Of a stretch of DNA of 34,525 nt, positions 29,863 through 34,525 are shown piece after piece (the first letter of the stretch is position 1; each line of letters begins with the position of its first letter). The stretch is from NCBI GenBank assembly GCA_038205935.1, contig JBBRBK010000016.1:1-34525 (forward strand). Direction: 5' to 3'. Both the position numbers and the translations under genes were made by a program. Source of the DNA: Campylobacterales bacterium (lineage in GTDB: Bacteria > Campylobacterota > Campylobacteria > Campylobacterales > Sulfurimonadaceae). The notes beneath the pieces are model-generated. The model saw only the letters and a list, made by a program, of their open reading frames with translations. It made no database searches and was not told where the DNA came from.

Positions 29863-31077
29863 TTAAATCTCATCTTTATTTATCTCTACACCGCCGTATT
29901 CTAGGGTGTAAATGAGATCTGAAGTATAGAGTTTGTCAAAATTGGCAAGCATTATTTTTTTTAAGTAATCTTTTTCGGCTTGTTCAGCACGCATCAGACT
30001 GCCGGCAAAAATCCCTTTTTTTTCTAAGACAAGAGTTGTGATATCGCTGTCCATATTAATATGGTGCATCAATTCTTTTATATCTGTTTCAAAAATAGAG
30101 CTTAGTAGTGAAAACATCCCAGCCAAATAAGCTTTTTCTTTGTTTCTTGGCGCTGCTTCTGCTTCCATTCTTTCGGCTCGTTTGATGGAAAGTTCAAGCA
30201 TCGTTTTTGAAGCAGGATTTGTGGAAACTTCCGAGTAAAGATATACGAGCAACCAGCGCAATAGCTTCTCTCTTCCCATAAGAGTAATGACTTGCGCCAG
30301 AGATTCTACTTTGAGATTAAGCTTTTGTGTATTATTGAAAAACTGGACAAGTTTATAAGAAAGATCTGGTTGCTTTTTTATAAAAAATTCGAGTTTATCA
30401 TTAGTAGTATTATCTTCTTTAATTATTTTGATGAGCTGAAGAATAATAAATTGTGCTGGCTCTTTTGAGCCTATGATCTCCATCTTTTCAGGTTTATCTA
30501 TATGATATCCTTGAAAAAGATCAAATCCCATCTCAAGATACTCTTTAAAATCATCTTTAGATTCGATATTTTGTGCTAGGAGTTTGATCCTCGTACCTTT
30601 AAATTTATTGACAACTTTTTGCAAATTTTGATATTCTGAGAGGACGATATCCATTTTGATGATATCGATGTAATTAAAAATTCTACTAAATTTACTGATC
30701 ATGTCCGCACTCGAATCAAAGTGATCGATGGAAAATCTAAACCCTCTTTTTTTGTATTGGACAATTTTATTGATGACATTTTCTGTAAGATTTATGTTCT
30801 CATGTATATTTAAAATAAATCTGTCTTTATCTAAAAGATCCAAGATTCCTTTTGTCAAAGTCGCGTCATCTACGTTGATATAAGCTAAAGTTTTTTGCCC
30901 CAAAAGTTGATCTAACTCTGTACTCGTTATCAAACTTATGATGAGCTGTGAAGTTCCTTTTACATTGTCAGAAAAACTAGCTTCATAATTGAATTGATCT
31001 TTGAAAAGAAGTTCGTACGCATAAAGCTCATTTTTGGTGTTAACAATTTTTTGTTTATAGATATTGATAATATTCAT
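29863..31077 (-). CDS. EAL-like and HDOD domain signalling protein (YuxH-like)
   Basis: AYELLFK, IDIIKMD, MGFDLFQGY; HDOD-like PDLSYKLVQFFN, AYLAGMFSLL. Confidence 0.85.
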   Translation of the reverse strand: MNIINIYKQKIVNTKNELYAYELLFKDQFNYEASFSDNVKGTSQLIISLITSTELDQLLGQKTLAYINVDDATLTKGILDLLDKDRFILNIHENINLTENVINKIVQYKKRGFRFSIDHFDSSADMISKFSRIFNYIDIIKMDIVLSEYQNLQKVVNKFKGTRIKLLAQNIESKDDFKEYLEMGFDLFQGYHIDKPEKMEIIGSKEPAQFIILQLIKIIKEDNTTNDKLEFFIKKQPDLSYKLVQFFNNTQKLNLKVESLAQVITLMGREKLLRWLLVYLYSEVSTNPASKTMLELSIKRAERMEAEAAPRNKEKAYLAGMFSLLSSIFETDIKELMHHINMDSDITTLVLEKKGIFAGSLMRAEQAEKDYLKKIMLANFDKLYTSDLIYTLEYGGVEINKDEI

Positions 31078-31113
31078 AGCTTAGTTCCCTTTCTAACGTT
31101 TTTACTCTTTGAC

Positions 31114-31293
31114 TTAGTTGATTTTTTCTAGTTGATCAACAGAAATTTCTACAATATTACCGCTTTTGTCTTCAACAAGTGCAAGATTTGTATCTGTAAA
31201 TATTGTGATGATTTGAATGATTTCATCTTTGTACATGTAAGAGTCTGATGTGTCAATATCCGAGCGATATTGGATTGTTTCAAGATGGCTCAT
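31114..31293 (-). CDS. Small hypothetical protein (59 aa)
   Basis: AAGGAG RBS before ATG 31293 (MSHLETIQ...); preferred over the TTG at 31329. Confidence 0.65.
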   Translation of the reverse strand: MSHLETIQYRSDIDTSDSYMYKDEIIQIITIFTDTNLALVEDKSGNIVEISVDQLEKIN

Positions 31294-31379
31294 GTCTACT
31301 CCTTGAAGATTTATGCACAAGAGTAGCAATTTTTATTCCTACTGAGTAGTAGTGAGAATTTTGACAATATTCAAATATT

Positions 31380-31541
31380 TTAACTGATCTTCTTCTTAGT
31401 GCCTTCTTCTCTAACACTCTAGATAAATAGCAGAGGGATGAAGATTAGAATTAAAAATGTACCTACTAAAATCCCTCCGATTACGACGGCTCCAAGAGGA
31501 GCAAGACGTTCAACTCCGATGGTATTTCCTAGTGCGATTGG
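31380..31541 (-). pseudogene. C-terminal fragment of an RND (AcrB/CusA-family) permease
   Basis: Manual translation PIALGNTIGVERLAPLGAVVIGGILVGTFLILIFIPLLFI*SVREEGTKKKIS*, the typical TM11-loop-TM12 pattern; no start codon, in-frame TAG at 31419-31421. Confidence 0.75.
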
Positions 31542-31550
31542 ATTTTTGCT

Positions 31551-32819
31551 TTAGGATCTAGTTCTTTCTGTGATGTATTGCGGCGCTTTTTTGATCATTT
31601 TTTTGTAATATAAAAATCCTTCTATAATGTTTTTAAAGAGGTACAGGGAAGAAAGAAAAAAGAGTAAAGATGCTACGATAATGAGTGGTCTGAAAAATAC
31701 TGATAATAAAAAAAGAGTATAAGACGCTGTGAAAATGTAAAACTGAAGTTTCATCCTTTTTATCTTCATCACTTCACCCATTTCCGCTTCATAAACAAAA
31801 CTTGAACTAAGATGAAACCATGTTAAAAATGGGATGATTTTATAGAGCATTGCATTGACAATAGCATAGACAAACCCCAAACCAAATACTACGGCAAGAA
31901 GAAAGTCTACATTAAAGCCAAAGATAATACTAGCTATCCATAAAATACAACCAAGAAAAAGATTGCCATTGGCAAAATAAAAAAAGTTTACAGTGACATC
32001 AGAGCGTGCTCTTTTTCTTTTTTTGAGTATGAAAAGTGTGAGTAAAGCAAAACTTCCAAGAACAGTCGCTAGCAGGATATTGGCAAGTATTTTAGTCAAT
32101 GTCAGTTCATAGAGCATACTTAAAAAAAGTAACACCAAAAGTGTAGATATGGCAATATATAAACCATTTTTTACCCATAGTGGATATTCGCGTGCCACAT
32201 AAAACATAGGAAGTATTTTATAAATCACTCCACTGTAAAGTAAAAATACCCATCCAAAAATCATAACTTTAAGATGAATATCTCCAAGCCATACACCGTT
32301 GTAATTCCCTGAATATTGTAAAAGTGATGTAGCACCTAAAACTGTTCCGAGGACTAAAAATAGAAGTGAAGTCAAAATAGTCTTTACAGAAGCATTTTTA
32401 TCTTTTGTCCTAGCAATGGTTATAAGAGAGTAAAAGGAGAAAAACAGCAGTGAAACAAGAAGCAAAACAGCCGCTAAAATATTTAAAAAAACTGTAAATA
32501 GTAAAAATGAAAATATAAAGCTGATAATGCCAAGATTGAGTGTGACAAGAAGCATAGTTGCCCAAAATTCAACACGTTTGTAAGCCTCTCCTATGATAAC
32601 AGGAACCATTTGAAAAAGCGTTCCTAGCATTGCATGTATCACAAAACCAAGCGTTAGAAGATGTGTAACAGCAATGGCAATAGCATCATATCTTGTGTTG
32701 ATGTGAGTTGCATATAGCAACAAAACTCCAGATAAAAGCAAAAGGTAAAATACACCTGTTAAGTAGTAAAAAAGCGGGATTTTATATGGAGGTGCCTGAT
32801 CTAAAGTGAGTCCAAACAT
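31551..32819 (-). CDS. Uncharacterised ~12-TM membrane protein (NnrS/heme-copper-like repeat pattern)
   Basis: Highly hydrophobic; three internal repeats THLLTLGF..G.LFQMVP / IHLKVMIFGW..G.IYKILP / FGLGF...MLYKIIP. Confidence 0.7.
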   Translation of the reverse strand: MFGLTLDQAPPYKIPLFYYLTGVFYLLLLSGVLLLYATHINTRYDAIAIAVTHLLTLGFVIHAMLGTLFQMVPVIIGEAYKRVEFWATMLLVTLNLGIISFIFSFLLFTVFLNILAAVLLLVSLLFFSFYSLITIARTKDKNASVKTILTSLLFLVLGTVLGATSLLQYSGNYNGVWLGDIHLKVMIFGWVFLLYSGVIYKILPMFYVAREYPLWVKNGLYIAISTLLVLLFLSMLYELTLTKILANILLATVLGSFALLTLFILKKRKRARSDVTVNFFYFANGNLFLGCILWIASIIFGFNVDFLLAVVFGLGFVYAIVNAMLYKIIPFLTWFHLSSSFVYEAEMGEVMKIKRMKLQFYIFTASYTLFLLSVFFRPLIIVASLLFFLSSLYLFKNIIEGFLYYKKMIKKAPQYITERTRS

Positions 32820-33040
32820 TATCTATATATCTTCATCTTAAAATAATTTTCTTCATTTTTGATGATCTCCGAGTGCAGCCCCAACGCATCTATTTGCTCT
32901 TGGAGCTTACATGGAAACATTCGGTGGATAAATATCAAAGTTTCATCCTTTTTGAGGTCTTTCATGGCCGCGATCCCTTTTACCAAAGGATGCGGCGCTT
33001 CAAGCTCACTCACATCCAGCAAAATCTCTTTAGGAATCAT
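32819..33040 (-). CDS. DUF2249 / TusA(SirA)-like small protein
   Basis: LDVSELEAPHPL...L..IHRMFP, a TusA-like pattern without the CPxP cysteine; overlaps both neighbours. Confidence 0.7.
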   Translation of the reverse strand: MIPKEILLDVSELEAPHPLVKGIAAMKDLKKDETLIFIHRMFPCKLQEQIDALGLHSEIIKNEENYFKMKIYR

Positions 33041-33467
33041 AATGCATCAATTTCTCAACAACAGCATCATTTTCGTCTTGCAGAAAGTTTTGTATCATAG
33101 TGTAGAGCATCTGTTCCTCTTTTGCATTGTGCTGTTGTAAAAGGATCATCAAAGATTCGCTCAATGAAAAAAATCGATCACTATCTTTTTGTTCCGTAGC
33201 TGAATCAAGTTTTTCAAAAACTCCTTTCGCCTGTGCATGTTCCATTCGCATAACTTGGGTCGGCCCTTGTGTCATACCGCTTTTTTCTTCAAATAAAGGA
33301 AATAGATACTCTTCTTCCATTTCAAAATGTTTGAGAGTTTCATCTCTAAAATTTTTATATTTTTTAGAAGCATCTTCAAAATCTTTATTTTCAACAGCCT
33401 CTTCAGCCAATACCAAAAGTTGATCACATTCTCTATGCTGATGCGTCATAAAATCTTTAATTGTCAT
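33030..33467 (-). CDS. Hemerythrin-like (HHE) domain protein
   Basis: QHRECD, HFEMEEEYLFP, MRMEH, HNAKEEQMLY di-iron ligand pattern; ATG 33467 with AAAGG RBS preferred. Confidence 0.88.
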   Translation of the reverse strand: MTIKDFMTHQHRECDQLLVLAEEAVENKDFEDASKKYKNFRDETLKHFEMEEEYLFPLFEEKSGMTQGPTQVMRMEHAQAKGVFEKLDSATEQKDSDRFFSLSESLMILLQQHNAKEEQMLYTMIQNFLQDENDAVVEKLMHYDS

Positions 33468-33517
33468 AACTAACCTTTCTTTTTCTCGTATTTTTGCATA
33501 AAATAGCAGTAAAAAGA

Positions 33518-33531
33518 TTGACAATCGTCAA
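33518..33531. promoter_or_regulatory. Crp/Fnr-family-like operator
   Basis: Perfect palindrome TTGAC-AATC-GTCAA, 51 nt upstream of the hemerythrin ATG; resembles Fnr TTGAT-N4-ATCAA and Campylobacter NssR TTAAC-N4-GTTAA. Confidence 0.6.
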
Positions 33532-33643
33532 GGAATGGTAAATAATGCAGTTTCAAAACTTATTGGAAAGTTTTATTATGCCAATTTTAAAAATAAGTGC
33601 AATTTTCTAGAAGTAGTTTAAAGGATTGTAACTAGGGAGTTTG

Positions 33644-33661
33644 TGGTGGTGTCAAGAGGGG
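33644..33661 (-). mobile_element. tRNA 3'-end fragment, probable att site at an island border
   Basis: Minus strand CCCCTCTTGACACCACCA reads as T-stem 3' strand, acceptor strand and ACCA, with no T-loop or rest of a tRNA upstream. Confidence 0.65.
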
Positions 33662-33724
33662 AAATACAAAACCCAGCATAACCCCAATTTACCGATGTTT
33701 CAGCCATTTTTAAAATCCTTGATT

Positions 33725-33746
33725 AAGTTTCCCACAAGTTTCCCAC
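33725..33746. repeat. Perfect 11-bp tandem repeat (candidate integrase arm sites)
   Basis: AAGTTTCCCAC twice, about 65 bp inside the putative att core. Confidence 0.6.
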
Positions 33747-33862
33747 TTAAAAAATTGTAGCGTTTTTGTTCTGGATTTAGCCTTTGAAATATAGTTGTTA
33801 TGAAAATAAAAAATATGCGAAATGATTTTGTGTTTGTCGAAGGTTATAATGTATTGAATGCT

Positions 33863-33900
33863 AAAATAAAAAACGCCCTACCATCACAGCTAGTAAGAGC
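33863..33900 (-). terminator. Intrinsic terminator of the toxin-antitoxin operon
   Basis: Minus strand GCTCTTACTA-N7-TGGTAGGGC followed by a long T-rich tract. Confidence 0.65.
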
Positions 33901-33912
33901 ATTAATCTAAAT

Positions 33913-34137
33913 TTAAATTGCAGCTCTTTGAGTTGATGCGAACATTGTATTATGAACAAAAGCTTGGAGCTTATCTAGTTCTGTTAAGATGATGTTTTTA
34001 TCAGTATTATTTTTAATTTGAGTTTTTACTCTTTCGATTTCCCACTCAATATCTACTTGCTCAGAAACAGCATTAAGGCTATCTTTAAACTCTTGATTTT
34101 CCATTTGTTTAGCAAAATATTTTTGTGCATTATCCAT
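33913..34137 (-). CDS. Putative antitoxin (74 aa, no recognisable HTH)
   Basis: Overlaps the toxin stop by 8 bp, GGAGG RBS; N-terminus (YF..QM.N.EF...E.VDI) resembles the pre-HTH helices of Gp49-partner XRE antitoxins. Confidence 0.55.
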   Translation of the reverse strand: MDNAQKYFAKQMENQEFKDSLNAVSEQVDIEWEIERVKTQIKNNTDKNIILTELDKLQAFVHNTMFASTQRAAI

Positions 34138-34480
34138 TTTTATGTGCCTCCCTTATCGTTTTGGCTTTGTCTATCTCTTTTCTTGGAGTTTTCTGCGATT
34201 TTTTGATAAATCCATTTGTAAAGATAATCATTTTATCTTTCTCATAAAAATATAAACTTCTCGATGTAGTATTTTGAAGTTCAACTTTTAATTCGAATAT
34301 CCCATCTTCAAGCAGCTTAGAGAACTTATCAGATAGGCTGTAATTATTATTTTTAAACTCAATAAGCTTTTCCATACTTTTGTAAATTAAAGCTCTTTCC
34401 TTGATCGATAAACTTTCTAAAAAATCTATCATAGGAACAATGTCATTATATTGAGCAAAATTATAACTATACTTTTTCAT
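34130..34480 (-). CDS. RelE/ParE-superfamily toxin (Gp49/HigB-like)
   Basis: DFLESL, K.L..GIFELK, SRSLYF, IIFTNGFIKKSQKTPRKEIDKAK; ATG 34480 preferred over the GTG at 34519. Confidence 0.85.
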   Translation of the reverse strand: MKKYSYNFAQYNDIVPMIDFLESLSIKERALIYKSMEKLIEFKNNNYSLSDKFSKLLEDGIFELKVELQNTTSRSLYFYEKDKMIIFTNGFIKKSQKTPRKEIDKAKTIREAHKNG

Positions 34481-34487
34481 GAGTATT

Positions 34488-34496
34488 ATTATATCA
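34488..34496 (-). promoter_or_regulatory. Extended -10 of the toxin gene (leaderless geometry)
   Basis: TGATATAAT on minus, ending 7 nt before the ATG at 34480; no SD sequence. Confidence 0.6.
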
Positions 34497-34525
34497 AAAA
34501 ATAAGGGTATTAAAAGCACATGAGG

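Noticed and set aside
33644..33720. Complete tRNA gene
   Set aside because: Only the last ~16-18 nt look like tRNA; no T-loop, anticodon arm or D arm can be folded, so it is reported as an att fragment.
33800..33910. 36-aa plus-strand ORF (MKIKNMRNDF...)
   Set aside because: No RBS, no motif, and it runs through the opposite-strand terminator.
239..34206. About thirty 60-119 aa ORFs in the track overlapping real genes (e.g. 239-502, 8851-9135, 24433-24792, 33127-33423)
   Set aside because: They are antisense or out-of-frame shadows of well-supported genes with no recognisable motifs.
894..34409. Frequent ATCGAT palindrome
   Set aside because: Only about twofold above a rough expectation and largely explained by Ile-Asp codons (ATC GAT).
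1..34525. CRISPR array, IS element, integrase or known anti-phage gene cluster
   Set aside because: No regularly spaced repeats, transposase, integrase or cas-like ORF was seen; TACATGTA copies are short and irregularly dispersed.

Overview
AT-rich chromosomal window from a Campylobacterota (Epsilonproteobacteria) bacterium, most likely a Sulfurimonas-like sulfur oxidiser (inferred from gene content, TGnTATAAT promoters and a type IV SqrD). It starts in the 3' end of a 5S rRNA and runs through mostly core genes: PIF1-like helicase, ahpC, metK, ferredoxin, ndk-yceD-rpmF-plsX-fabH, DEAD-box helicase, two DUF2062 paralogs, pepN, sqrD plus a small unannotated ORF, a hybrid histidine kinase and response regulator, hemN-(Fe-S oxidoreductase)-lgt, a catalytically degenerate membrane-anchored peptide-deformylase homolog, a MerR-like regulator, grpE-dnaK (no hrcA, two HAIR-like operators), comF-lepA-prs, an EAL/HDOD protein and a hemerythrin-DUF2249-membrane protein operon with an Fnr-like box. 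It ends at the probable border of a tRNA-integrated island (tRNA 3'-end fragment, 11-bp tandem repeat, RelE-type toxin with an HTH-less partner). The most striking unexplained signal is the palindrome TACATGTA, counted 12 times in intergenic DNA and in all three codon phases. Two gene remnants (AhpD-like, RND permease) and a four-hairpin element between grpE and dnaK were also found. All calls come from reading the sequence; no searches were run.
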